From: Basidiobolus meristosporus CBS 931.73 | Lineage: Eukaryota; Fungi; Basidiobolomycota | Length of the DNA stretch: 64,000 nucleotides | Direction: 5' to 3' | Assembly (NCBI GenBank): GCA_002104905.1 | Contig: MCFE01000118.1 | Location: forward strand, 1-64,000 | Part shown: positions 37,101 through 49,849 of the stretch, piece after piece | Position numbering within the stretch: position 1 is the first letter of the stretch | Layout: every line of letters begins with the position of its first letter | Position numbers and translations under genes: made by a program | The notes under the pieces: generated by a model | Seen by the model: only the letters and a program-made list of their open reading frames with translations | What the model was told of the DNA's origin: nothing | Database searches by the model: none

Positions 37101-40100
37101 TTTGATTAACCCAGAGCTCTTGAACGGTTGTCTGGCTTGTTTCCCATATATGCAGGCTTCACAGTGCTCCAAATTAGCTGTGGGATAAATTTTCACTCCA
37201 GAAATTAGCAGATCTTTGATCATTTTACGCAATAATCAAAATTGATATGTCCAAATCTCCTGTGCCAAAGCATTGGTGTTTCTTCATTTAAGTTACTTAT
37301 ATTGGCTTCCAGGTATGATGGAATATAAGTCAACTTGTATAGATTCTGATCTCTGATGCCCAAAGCAATATGTGCACCATTTTGATCAGTGATCCTGCAT
37401 CCTAAATTGTCAAAACTGAAACTGAGTCCTTCTGCTGTGGCCTTGCTTACAGAGAGTAGGTTCTTGGCTATTTCTGGTACATAGAGTACTTCTTTAAAGG
37501 TCAGTGTATGGCTTCCTTCACTGCTTCTAAGGTTTACTTGGATAGTTCCTTCTCCCACTGCATCAAATGTTCTATTGTCAACCATGAAAACCTTCTTAAT
37601 TGGAATTTCTTGATATTGGGTAAAAAGTTCTTTTTGGTGTGTAAAGTGTTGAGAAGCTCCAGAGTCAATATACCACATCTGCAAATCCTTGTTTGTGGTC
37701 GTATTTAGTGCAGATATGAATAGTCTATCTTCAGTTGTTGCAGCATTTCCATATTCAGGCTTCTTTTGCTGATAATCTCTCTTTTTGAAACACCAGTCTG
37801 ATGTGTGTCCTTTCCTTTTGCAGTAGTTGCAAAATAGGTTGCTGTTGCCTTTGTAGGGTCTTGGGTACCTCCTTTGTTGGTTATCATTGCTTATTAAAGC
37901 ATTTTCTTCTTCCTTCTTATTGGTGCTTGATTTTCTTAATTCTTCATCCAGGAGCCTTCCATATACATAATTTAAGGTCAAATCTTCAGTTCTGGACTCT
38001 AGGGCTGATACAAGGCCCTGACACTTGTCTGTCAGGCTATTCAGGATGGTAACTATCACATCCTCATCAGTAGTTGATACGCCCACAGATTCCATCTCAT
38101 CTACCAGCAGGGTAATTCTGTTAATTAGATTTTTCATTTCTTCTCCTGGCAGCATCTTTGTAGTAAAGAATTTTCTTCTCAGATACATTTTCTTGGCAGC
38201 TGAACATGACTGGTAGGTGTCTTCTAGTGCCTTCCAGGCATTCTTTGCTGTTTTTGCTCTTGAGCATTGAATTAGCAATTTGTCCTTGACATTAAGGCAA
38301 ATGCAGTTAAAGGCACTTTGTTCTTTCTTCTGGTACTTCAAGGCTTCCTCTCCCACGTTTTTAGGAGGGCATTCTTCTCCCATGACAATATCCCAAAGGC
38401 CTCTTTCTTGTAGCAGCATCTTCATCTTCACCTTCCACACTTGGTCGTTAGATCCATCCAACTTTTCAGCAGAGGGAAAAATTCCAGTAGTAGCAGTAGT
38501 AGACATTGCAGAGAGTGACAGCTTGGGGCTCATAACCTGTTGTAAGAGTCTTGGAGATATTGGAAGTGATTGGGAAAACAAGTAGATTATGTGGTTTTCA
38601 CTTAATGATTTATTGAATGTAAAAGTAGTATTTATACTTTTACCTGGTCTTGGCATTACAAACACGTTGAATAGGTTAAGGAAGGTCCCAAGAACATGTG
38701 TGCAAAGTTTGGGGCTGTTTGGACAACTTTGAGAATTTTGATGTTCTGGGTACCTGGTATTTTGGTGAAAATATTCTAAGTAAATCCTGACAAGGAATTT
38801 GGTCAATATTCTCTAGGATTTGAAGGTGATGATCTAAGTGACTAAGTTAGGTGAATATTTAGGTGGAAATACGAATTTTTACAACACATATTGCTTTGGG
38901 TATTGGAGATCAGAATGTATAAAGGTTGAGTTATATTCCATCATATTTGGAAGCCAATATAAGTAAATTAAATGAAGAAACAACAATGCTTTGGCACAGG
39001 AGATTTGGGCACATCAATTTTGATTATTTGCACAAAATGATCAAAGATGAGCTATTTTCTGGAGTAAAATTGATCCCCCAGCTGATTTGGAGCACTGTGA
39101 AGCCTGCATATATGGGAAACAAGCCAGACAACTGTTCAAGAGCTCTGGGTTAATCAAAACTAAGAAAAATTAGATGTAATTCACTCAGATCTGTGTGGAT
39201 CTATGCTAAATTTATCCTTAGGTGGGATGAAGTATTTAATCACCTTCATTGATGATTATACAAGATACACATGGGTCTACTTTGTGGAGAACAAGGAAGA
39301 AGCACAGTCTAAGTTTGGGAGTTTAAAGCTATAGTGGAGAGAGAAACTGGTGAAAAGATCAAGAAAATATGCTCTAACAATGGTGAAGAATATACCTCAA
39401 ACTCTTCATCCATTTCTATAAGTTCATTGGATAAAGCAAGAGACTACTGTACCATGCTCCCCACAGCAAAAGAGACTAGCAAAACATGCTAATAGATCAA
39501 CAATTGATATGGCAAGATCTATGATCCATGATCAAAAATTATCCTATGATTATTGGGCAGAATCAGTTGCCACTGCTGTATATCTTAAGAATAGGAGTTA
39601 CAACAGAATACTTCAAGATTCTATTCCACTTGAAGCATGGCATGGATACAGACCAAGTGCAGAACATCTAAGAATATATAGGTGTACAGTATATGCTAAG
39701 AAACTGCCTGGAAATCAGTCAAAGTTTGAGCCAAAAAGTGTAAAATGCATATTTTTGGGCTACTGGAATGAGAGTAAAGCATACAGACTCCACAATACCA
39801 AAGCAAAGAAGCTAATCAAGTCCTGGGATGTGTTGTTTGATGAAAACGCAAGATTTTCACAAAAAATGACACCAGATGATGACAAAAATCTGATCTCAAA
39901 TCCACCAATTGTCAGGATTGAATCAGAGCAAAACAATGAGAATTTTTTCCCTCCAGAGGACTCTACAACCATGGTTCAGCCAGAATCAGTGCCCAGAAAT
40001 ATCCCAGAAGTGATCATTCAAGTATTAAATGCCCAGAGACCCAATTGGACAGGAAATAGCCCAAATTACTATATCAATGAGGGTACAAACTTAGCCTATG

Positions 40101-42033
40101 CCTATCCAGTCCATATTGACAAGCCCCAGACTGTAAAAGAGGCCCTAAATAGCCCTCAGACAAAGTTTTGGAGATCTGCAATGACTGAGGAATATCAGGC
40201 CAGGATGGAATATCAAACTTGGGACTTGGTCAAATCACCAATCAACTAAAAATCAATTGGATGCATATGGGTCTTCAAGACAAAATACAAGGCTGATGGT
40301 ACAATTGAAAGATACAAAGCAAGACTTGTGGCCAAAGGATACTCTCAAACAAAAGGACATGACTATACTGAGATCTTTGCACCAGTAGCCAAGTTTAATT
40401 CCATCAGATTAATATTGGCTATTGCTGCCAAATATAAGTTTTTTATTTATAAAATGGATGAAAAACTGCATTTTTGAGTGGAGAACGTGATGAGGATGTG
40501 TATATGAACCAGAGTGATGGGTTTGTTGACCAAAATAACCCCCATTTGGTCTGCAAGCTTAAAAAGTCACTATATGGTCTCAAACAATCATCAAGAGCCT
40601 GGAATTGCAAAATAGACTCTTATTTGGAATCTTTGAGTTTCAAAAGGAGTAATGCTGACAGGAGTATATACAGTAAGCCAGATAGAGCAAATCCAGTTCT
40701 ATTAGCTCTATATGTGGATGATCTTATTATAGCCACTAATAACGTAGAAACATTGGAAGAGACTAAATCCAGCCTATCTAAGGAGTTCAAGATGTCCAAA
40801 CTAGGAGAACTCAGTTACTACTTAGGAATTAAGTTTTTATAGACAGAAGTACCCAGACTATTACCTTAAGCCAGTCCAAGTATACTCAAGATATACTAAA
40901 GAAGTACAAAATGGACAACTGTAAACTGGCAGCTAGCCCAATGGAGATTTACCTTAACTTGGTCAAGACTCAAGCAAATCAAGAGAGCTTGGTGCCATCT
41001 GAAAGTCCTGACTTTTCTTATCAAACTATGGCTGGTAGTCTGATGTATATCATGCTTGGAACACATCCAGATATCTCATATTCAGTGGGAGTTGTGGGCC
41101 AGCATAATCAGAACTATGGATCTGAAGAAATAGCAGCAGTTAAGCAGATTTTTAGATACCTAAAAGGAACTGTTGCTGTCAGCTTAAGATACACTTAAAA
41201 TGATTCAGAACAGGATCTTGTGGGATACTCTGATGCTGATTGGGGACAAAATTTAGACAACAGAAGATCCACCACACTTACACCTTTCTTTACTGTCAAG
41301 GAGCAATTTCATGGAATTCAAGAAATCAACCAACTGTAGCACTTTCTACCACCAAGGCAGAGTATATGGCAGCCTGTCAAGCTACAAAAGTAGCAATGTG
41401 GTTAAGAAAGTTTTTCACCAATTAAGGCCTATGTCAAAAAATGCCTATTACTTTAGTTCAAGAGAATCAAGGATGTATATCTAACCTTGCATGCTAGAAC
41501 AAAGCACATAGATATTAGACATCATTTCATATGTGAAGATATTGGGAATAACTTAGTTAGCATAGCTTACTGTCTTACAGATGAAATGATTGCAGGCATA
41601 TCTACCATACCATTAGCTAGAGACAAGTTTGAATATCTTAGGTCAAAGTTAGTACTAGTCAGTATGAGCATTTAACTGAGTGGGAGTGTTGTAAAAATTT
41701 GGAATTCCACCTAAAAGCTTACCTTACTTAGTCACTTAGATCATTACCTCAAATCCTAGAGAATACTTACCAAATTCCTTGTTGAGATTTACTTAGAATA
41801 TTTTCACCAAAATACTAGGTACTCACAACATGAAAATTCTCAAAGTTGCCCAAACAACCCCATATTTGCACACATGCTCTTGGGACCTTCCTTAACCTAT
41901 TTGACATGTTTGCAATGCCAAGATCATGTAAAAGTATATATACTACTTTACATTCAATAAATCATTAAAGTGAAAACCACAAAATCCACTTGTCCTCCTG
42001 ATCACTTCCAATATCTCCAAGACTCTTACAACA
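34122..42033 (+). mobile_element. Ty1/copia copy D (pieces 34122-34203 and 38887-42033), interrupted by copy C; 3' LTR 41687-42033
   Basis: Sequence on both sides of copy C joins seamlessly (...AATGGTGCC-CATAT-TGCTTTGGG...). Degenerate integrase, RT and RNase H; PPT GAGTGGGAG; LTR TGTTGTAA...TTACAACA. Possibly the 3' part of copy A. Confidence 0.9.
34204..38886 (-). mobile_element. Full-length Ty1/copia copy C (4683 bp), youngest copy; gag-pol starts at ATG 38506 and has frameshifts and stops
   Basis: Two 349-bp LTRs (38538-38886 and 34204-34552) differ at about 9 positions by manual comparison. Perfect 5-bp TSD CATAT (34199-34203, 38887-38891). PBS GGTTATGAGCCCC. Zinc knuckle CNYCKRKGHTSDWC, protease YIDSGAS, integrase HSDLCGP/FIDDYTR/SDNGGEY, RT QMDVKTAFLNG/YVDD, RNase H. 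Confidence 0.97.
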
Positions 42034-43500
42034 GATATACCAGTGACTACCTGAGGTCCATCTGGAATGTCAATTGCTTCCATTTGATGGATTATAGTCA
42101 TTGAGCTACAATGTATGTTGGCTGGATTGGTGATACCAACTCTTGGAGCTGAGAGATCCTTAGCTGCAAGTATGATTTTTCCCAGTCATTTTTTGACTTC
42201 CAGTGTGGGTTCTTTGACTACATTAGGTGATACAATAGAGTTGGATGATTCAGAATCTAGTAGTGCCACATTTGATTGGCCATTGAGGGTAAGTGGCACC
42301 TCTATGGCTTTTAGCTGCATGACTGGTAGCTTCATTTCTTGAACAGTTACAATTTAGCTGGAAATTCAAACAGACTGTGATATTTTCCAACAATACTTTT
42401 TGCATATGCTTCCTCAAACCCTGTCATATCATTGGTTGAATGATCTTATAGGATCTGAGTATTTTTTGCCAATGGTGTAAAGTTCTTCTCAGGACAGGCA
42501 GGTAATATATGTCCCATCTTTCCACATTTAAAGCATTTGTCATTCACATATGGATTATCACTTTTGGTGTTTTGCTACTTAGTTGAGGTGTTTCCTGACT
42601 TGTTTAACTACTAGGTGATGCCTTTGCACTCACTGATAGAATGATGACATTTCCCATGAAGTTCACAATGCTTAGTAGTGGTTAACTTCATCTTGGTCAC
42701 ATGACTGGTCTCATTTCTGGTTGTTGCTGGATATTGAGTGGAGTTGCCTGAAGTCTAGCCAACAGCTGCCATCATGCTACTTGCAAGAGTACATATCTCT
42801 GAGATCTTGTCATCAGAACATGCAGGGTTGCATGCTTTGACAATTGCAACATTGTTCTGTAGCTGGTGTGAGAAGTTTGAAAGAAAATGAGCTGTAAGTA
42901 ATGGATTATCATCACTAACTCCAGCTAATCTCATTTGTCTCTGGAATCTGTTACAGAAGTGTTGCACCAATCCACCCTCTTGCATTTTAGTATTCCATAA
43001 TTTGCAGTTCATATATACTTCCTGAGAGGATCTTCACAATGGCTACAAAAGAGGTGTTAGGCAATTATCCACATACTATTGGAAGGAATATTCACTTCAA
43101 CCCAGTCAGCATCTAGCATGGTGATACAGAGAGGTAGTAGTATAGCCCAATTGGTGTAAGGGTCCAGCTGGTGTGCAGCTAAGACATGACTAAACTTGTA
43201 AAGAAACTCAGTAGGATTCTTGAGGGTATTGACTCCTTCTGCATAAAGATATAAAGATCTTGTGACAACCATCATAGCAGGTCTAGATGGAGATCTAGAT
43301 ATAGAGGACCAAAATGCATGACTTCTAGGTGGCTGATGCAGAGCAAGGCTTGGCAAATTTTCATTGCTGTCAATTATTATGGCAACATTTGCCAGAGCTT
43401 CTTGGATAATTTTAATTTCATCTCAACAACCAGATATAATTTCAAGGAGTTCTGTTGTGTTGTATATTGATTAGTTTGGGGCTTGTTCTACAATGTAGAG
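42034..43500 (-). mobile_element. Old Ty3/gypsy-like retrotransposon remnant (gag, zinc knuckle, protease)
   Basis: CFKCGKMGHILPAC knuckle at about 42493-42537, followed by an aspartic protease-like LNGQSNVALLDSESSNS. Gag-like fragments KNPTEFLYKF and HFCNRFQRQMRLAG. Many stops. Confidence 0.7.
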
Positions 43501-43774
43501 GCTAATCAACAATATACAACTACTTCCAGTATGCTAATACTGAAATAGTTTATTGGGAGTTTGATATACCAATAGAAGATATAACTTTCACTAATTTCCT
43601 CAATCTTGGGCTCAAAATATACTATAGGCGGTGTTTATCACTTCTACAGCAGCATTCTGACCTTCTGTCAACTAAGGGGCTTACTTACTTTTATAGTAAC
43701 TTTTCCTTATCTGGAAGTCGCTCTCCTTTCTGAGCAAATATTTCCTGATATGGAAATTCTGAACTCCCTTTTAA

Positions 43775-43980
43775 CCTAAAGGGGTGAGTTGTAGAAGTCT
43801 CTAAAGGGGTCTTTAGACCTAAAGGGGTGTTTAAAGGGGTGTCTTTACAGTAAAGGGGCTTCTTGTAGTGGTCTCTAAAGTGGCCTTTACACTAAAGGGG
43901 TGCCTAAAGGGGCTTCTTTAGAGTAAAGGAGTCTCTTAAAGGGGTCTCTAAAGGGGTGTCTTTAGAGTAAAGGGGTTTCT
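43775..43980 (+). repeat. Irregular tandem array of about 12 TAAAGGGG cores
   Basis: Cores near 43778, 43802, 43820, 43833, 43852, 43876 (variant), 43893, 43905, 43924 (variant), 43938, 43949 and 43968, often followed by CTTTA. Confidence 0.85.
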
Positions 43981-44996
43981 TAGAGAAGACTTTTCTGACA
44001 ATAAGTGGTAGTTTCTTGTAGAACTTAGATTGGATTCTTGTGAGCTTTGCAGTCTCTTTACTGATGTAGTACCAATCAAAGTCAGAATACTCAACAGTGC
44101 AAGTGATGCAGGGGAAGTCTTATAACCTTTAAACTGGTAATTGTAGTGTGGTGATTCTGGAAAGAGAGGCTCTCTTTTTATTTTTTCAGCTGGGGAAGTC
44201 ATATATATGAAAATTCTAAAGGATCAAAGTCTTTGGGCAATTGCACAAGCAATACACATGATACAAACAGATTGGACATAGGCACAGCACCTGTGAGAAT
44301 TTCACATGATTTGATTGGCTGGTTCAAAAGTTACATGCAATCAAAGTCACCATAGTAATCCTAGCAATAAGGCATAGTATATATAATAATTGGACTCTTT
44401 TGGTCATTACTCCTTGAGTACTGCTTCAAATGAGCTGCAATTTGAAACATGTGTTGGCTACTACGTGTTCTGTACAACATAATATTGTTGGGTGGATTGC
44501 TTGTCAGGGTCTGAAGCATTTGTCCTTCAAAGTTGGAAATTCTTGATCTTTTGCTTGTATGTTACAATATCAAATGCAAAATAAAGAAATGAGTGCAATA
44601 TTGGTTTAAAGATATTGTAGTAATGGAAAGTATTCCATTACCACAGTTCATCTCTACATTGATTCTTGGATCTTGTCCTGGCAAGCTTCAAGTGCACAAG
44701 CATCAACTTGCTTCTTTCATGCACAATGTTTCCAAGCTGCTCAGTCAGTTCTACCTGATTTATTTGGGCCTCTTCCAACATGGAAAGATTTGGATGGCTT
44801 ACTGCTAAGGACATCTTATATAGCAGTTGAATGTAAATAGATTCAACTAAATAAATGCTCTATACAAGAGAAAAGTGCAATAAAGCTCTTGAATGGTTTA
44901 ACTAAGCCAAAGGAACAGTTTAGTGCAGAAAATTAGAATTGACAGATAGTGGTGGGAATATTGGCAGAGATTCTATTCTGATATAGGTGTTGTATG

Positions 44997-45140
44997 TGTT
45001 GTAAAAACTTTCAACTCACTTGAATATTCACCAAAATCAGTCACTGAGATCACTACCTCCAAATCCTAGAGAATACTGACCAATACTCTTGTTGGGATTT
45101 ACATAAAACATTTTCACCATAATATCAGCACCCAGAGCTA
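44997..45140 (+). mobile_element. Truncated copia-family LTR fragment
   Basis: Begins TGTTGTAAAA and contains CCAAATCCTAGAGAATACTGACCAA as in the other LTRs; similarity is lost after about 140 bp. Confidence 0.75.
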
Positions 45141-45196
45141 TCAAATATCCCATTTTGCCCATTAAGCAAGTAAATCCCTGATCCTAGTGATTGGAC

Positions 45197-48100
45197 TGTT
45201 GTAAAAATTTGTATTTCCACCTAAATATTCACCTAAATTAGTCACTTAGATCATCACCTTCAAATCCTAGAGAATACTGACCAAATTCCTTGTTGGGATT
45301 TACTTGTAATATTTTCACCAAAGCACCAGGTACCCACAACATGAAAATTCTCAAAGTTGTCCAAACAGTCCCAAGCCTTGCACACATGCTAGTGGGACCT
45401 CCCTTAGCCACTCTATGTATTTGTAATGCCAAGACCATCCAATAGTATGATTACTACCTTTAGATTCAATAAATCAATAAGTGAAAACCATATAATCTAC
45501 TTGTCCTCTCAAATCACTTCCAGTATCTCCAAGACACTTACAACAGGTTATGGGCCCCGAACTGTCACAATCAGCAATGTCTACTACTGCTATTACTGGA
45601 ATTTTTCACTATGCTGAAAAGTTAGATTGATCTAACTATCTAGTGTAAAAGGTGAAGATTATGATGCTGCCACAAGAAAGAGGCCTTTGGGATATTGTCA
45701 TGGGAGAGGAATGCCCTCATAAGAACATGGGAGAGGAAGCCTTAAAGCTCCAGAATAAAGAACAAAGTGCCTTTAACTGCACTTGCCTGCATGTCAAAGA
45801 AAAATTGCTAATTCAATGCACACAAGCAAAAACAGCAAAGGATGCCTGGAAGGCATTAGAAGACACCTACCAGTCATATTTGGCTGTTAAGAAAATGTAT
45901 ACTAGACAAAAATCTTTACTACAAAGATGCTGCCAGGAGAAGGAATGAAAAATCTAATTAAAAGATTTGCCCTGCTGGTGGATGAAATGGAATCTGTGGG
46001 CATACCAGCTACTGATGAGGATGTGATAGTAACCATCCTGAATAGCCTGACAGACAAGCTTCAGGGCCTTGCATCAGCCCTAGAGTCCAGAACTAAAAAT
46101 TTGTCCTTAAATTATGTATATGGAAGGCTCTTGGATGAAGAATTAAGAAAATAAAGTGCCAATGAGAAGAAAAAGAAAATGCTTTAATTAGCAACAATGA
46201 CCAACAAAGAAGACACCTAAGACTGTTTAAAGGCAATAGCAACTTGTTTTGTAACTACTGCCAATGGAAAGAACACACATCAGACCAGTGCCTCAAAGGA
46301 GAGATAGTCAGCAGAAAATGCCTCAATTTGGAAATGCTGCAACAACTGAAGATAGACCATTCATATCTGCATTAAGTGTGACCACAAGCAAGGATGCTCA
46401 GATGTGGTATATTGACTCCGGAGCATCTCAACACTTTACACACCAAAAAGAACTTTTACCCAATATCATGAAATCCTCATTAAGAAGGTTTTCATGGGTG
46501 ACAATAGAATACTTGATATAGTGGGAGAAGGAACTATCCAAGTAAACCTTGGAAACATCAAAGAAAGTCATACACTGTCCTTTAAAGAAGTACTCTCCGT
46601 ATGCAAAATAGCCAAGAACCTACTGTCTGTAAGCAAGGCCACAGCAGAAGGACACAGTTTCAGCTTTGACAAATCTTGATGCAGGATCACTGATCAAAAT
46701 GATGCTCATATTGCTTTGGGTGTCAGAGATCGGAATCTGTGAGGGTTGACTTATATTCCATGATATCCGGAAGTTAATGTAAGTAGCTTAGATGAAGAAG
46801 CACCAATGCTTTGGCACAGGTGATTTGGACACATCTATTTTGATTATTTGCTCAAATGATCCACAAGCAGCTAATTTCCAGAGTAAGAGCTGTTCTCCCA
46901 GCTAATTTGGAGCACTGTGAAGCCTGCATATAAGGGAAACAAGCCAGACAATCTTTAAAGGGCTCTGGGTTATTCAAAAGTGAGAAAAAATTAGATCATG
47001 CTCACTCAGATCTGTGTGGACTTATGGAAAAACTTCACTTAGGTTAGTTATTGATGGTTATACAACATACATGTAAGTCTACTTCATAGAAAGAAAGGAA
47101 GAAGCTTGGCCTAAGCTTAGGGAGCTTAAAGCCATGGTGAAGAGAGAAACGGGTGAAAAAATAAAGAAAATATGCTCAGACAATGGTGGAAAATATATCT
47201 CAAAACTCTTCATCCACCTCTGCAAAATCCATGGAATATAGCAAGAATCTACTGTACAATACTCCTCAAAGCAAAATGGGGTAGCAAACATGTAAGCAGA
47301 TCAACAATTGATTTGGCAAGATCTATGATTCATGATCAAAAGTTATCCTATGACTTTTGGGTGGAATCAATTGCCACAGGTATATACCTTAAGAATATGT
47401 GTGATAGCAAAATACTTTGTGATTCTACTGCATGTGAAGCATGGTATGGCTACAGACCAAGAGCAGAATATCTAAGAATATATGGGTGTACAGCATATGC
47501 CAAGAAACTGTCCAGAAATCAGTCAAAATTAGAGTCAAAATTGCAAAATATATACTTTTGGGCTGCTGCAATGAGAGTAAAGCATACAGACTCTACAATA
47601 CCAAAGCAATGAAACTAATCAAGTTCATGGATATACTGTTTGATGCAAATTCAAAATTTTCACAAAAAATGATATCTGATGATGAAGAAAATCTGATCTT
47701 AAGTCCACCAATTTTCAGGATTGAACCAGAGCATAGCAATGAGAGTTTTTTTACCCCAGAGGACTCTACAACAGTGGCTCAGCCTGAATCAGTGCCCAGG
47801 AATATCACAGAAGTGATCATTCCAGTATCAAATACCCAGAGATCCAACCAGACATGAAATAGTCAAAATTACTATATCAACCAGGGTACAAGCTTAGTGT
47901 ATGTCCATTCAGTCCCTGTTGCTAAGCTCCCAACTATAAAAGAGGCCAACAATAGGCCTCAGACAATGTTTTGGAGATCTGCAATGACAGAGGAATATCA
48001 GGCCCTAATGGAAAATCAAATTTGGGACTTGTTTTAATTACCATTTAACCCAAAATCAGTTTGTTGCAGATGGGTCTTTAAGACAAAATACAAGGCAGAT

Positions 48101-49845
48101 ACTACAATTGAAAGATATTAAATTTGACCTGTGTCCAAAGAATTCTCTCAAACCAAAGGACTTGACTATACTGAGACCTTTGCACCAGTAGCCAAGTTTA
48201 ATTTCATCAGATTGATATTGGCTATTGCAGCCAAATATAAGTTTTTTATTCATCAAATGGATGTAAAACTGCATTTTTGAATGAAGAACTTAATGAAGAT
48301 GTGTATATAAGCCAGTGTGATGGGTTTGTTGACCAAGATAACCCCCATTTGGTCTGCAAGCTTAAAAAGTCTCTAAATGGACCCAAACAATCACCAAGTA
48401 CCTGGAATTGCAAGGTAGATTCTTATTTGCAATCCTTGAGTTTTAAATGGAGTAATGCTGACTATAGTATATACTATAAGCCAGATGGAGCATATCCAGC
48501 TCAATTAGCTCTATCCGTGGATGATCTTATTATAGCTGGCAATAACATCAAAACATTGCAGAGATATTAAATCCAGTCTATCTAAAGAGTTCAGATGTTG
48601 AATCCAGGAGAACTTGGTTACTACTTAGGGATAAAGTTCTCCATAGACAGAAGTACCCAGACTATCACCCTAGGCCAATCCAAGTATATTCAGCACATAT
48701 TAAAGAAGTACCATATGCCACACTGTAAACTGGCAGCTACCCCAATGTAGACAAATGTTAACTTCATCAAAACTCAGCCAAATCAAGAGAGTGTGGTGCC
48801 ATCTGAAAGCCCCAACTTTTCTTGGCAATTTATGGTCAGCAGTCTGACGTAAATTATGCCTGGAACACATCCATTTATCTCATATTCAGTGGGAGTTGTC
48901 AGCCAGCATAATCAGAACTATGGATCTGATCATATAGCAGCAGTTAAGCAGATTTTTAGATACCTAAAAGGAACTGCTGATCTCTGCTTAGGATACACTG
49001 ATAAGGATTCAGAACAGGATCTTGAGGGATACTCTGATACTGACTGGGGACAAGATTTGGAAGACAGAAGATCCACCTGAGGTTGCACCTTGCTTTACTG
49101 TAAAGGAGCAATTTCATGGAACTCAAGAAAGCAACCAACTCTAGCACTTTCTACCACAGAGGCAGAGTATATTGCAGCCTGTGAAGTTACAAAAGACGCA
49201 ATGTGGTTAAGGAAGCTTTTCAAGATTTAGCCTTATGACAAAAAATGCTAATACTATATTTCAAGATAAACAAGGATACATACAATTAGGTGGAAATCTC
49301 ACTTTTCATGCTATAACCAAGCATATAAATACTAGACATCATCTTATAAATGAAGCTATTTAGAATAACCTAGTTAACATTATTTATTGTCCTACAGATG
49401 AAATGATTGCAGACATATCTACCAAACCATTAGATACAGTCAAGTCTGAATATCTTAGGTCAAAATTAGGACTAGTCAGTATGAGTATTTAGTCGAGTGG
49501 GAGGGTGGTAAAATTTGTAACTCCACCTAAATACTCACCTAACTTAGTCACTTAGATCATTACCTCCAACTCCTAGAGAATACTGACCAATATCTCTGTT
49601 GGGATTTACTTGGAATATTTTCACCAAAATATCAGGTACCCAGAACATGAAAATTCTCAAAGATGTCCAAATAGCCCTAAACTTTGCACAAATTCTCTGG
49701 GGACCTTCCTACGTCTGTTCTTTTCATTTTTTATGCCAAGATCTTGTAAAAGTATAAGTACCACTTTTACATTCAACAAATCATTACGTGAAAACCGCAA
49801 AATCTACTTGTCCTCCCAAATCACTTCCAATATCTCAAAGACCCC
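45197..49845 (+). mobile_element. Ty1/copia copy E, near full length and highly degenerate
   Basis: 5' LTR 45197-45545, PBS GGTTATGGGCCCC, gag ATG 45577, fragments of all pol domains, PPT, and a degenerate 3' LTR from about 49504 with its end lost. Confidence 0.9.
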
Positions 49846-49849
49846 AGAA

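Noticed and set aside
38507-38806. Apparent N-terminal extension of the copia gag ORF
   Set aside because: It runs through the LTR and PBS from a non-ATG start; the real start is ATG 38506.
43775-43980. TAAAGGGG array as a true telomere
   Set aside because: Spacing is irregular and the position is internal; kept only as a repeat finding.
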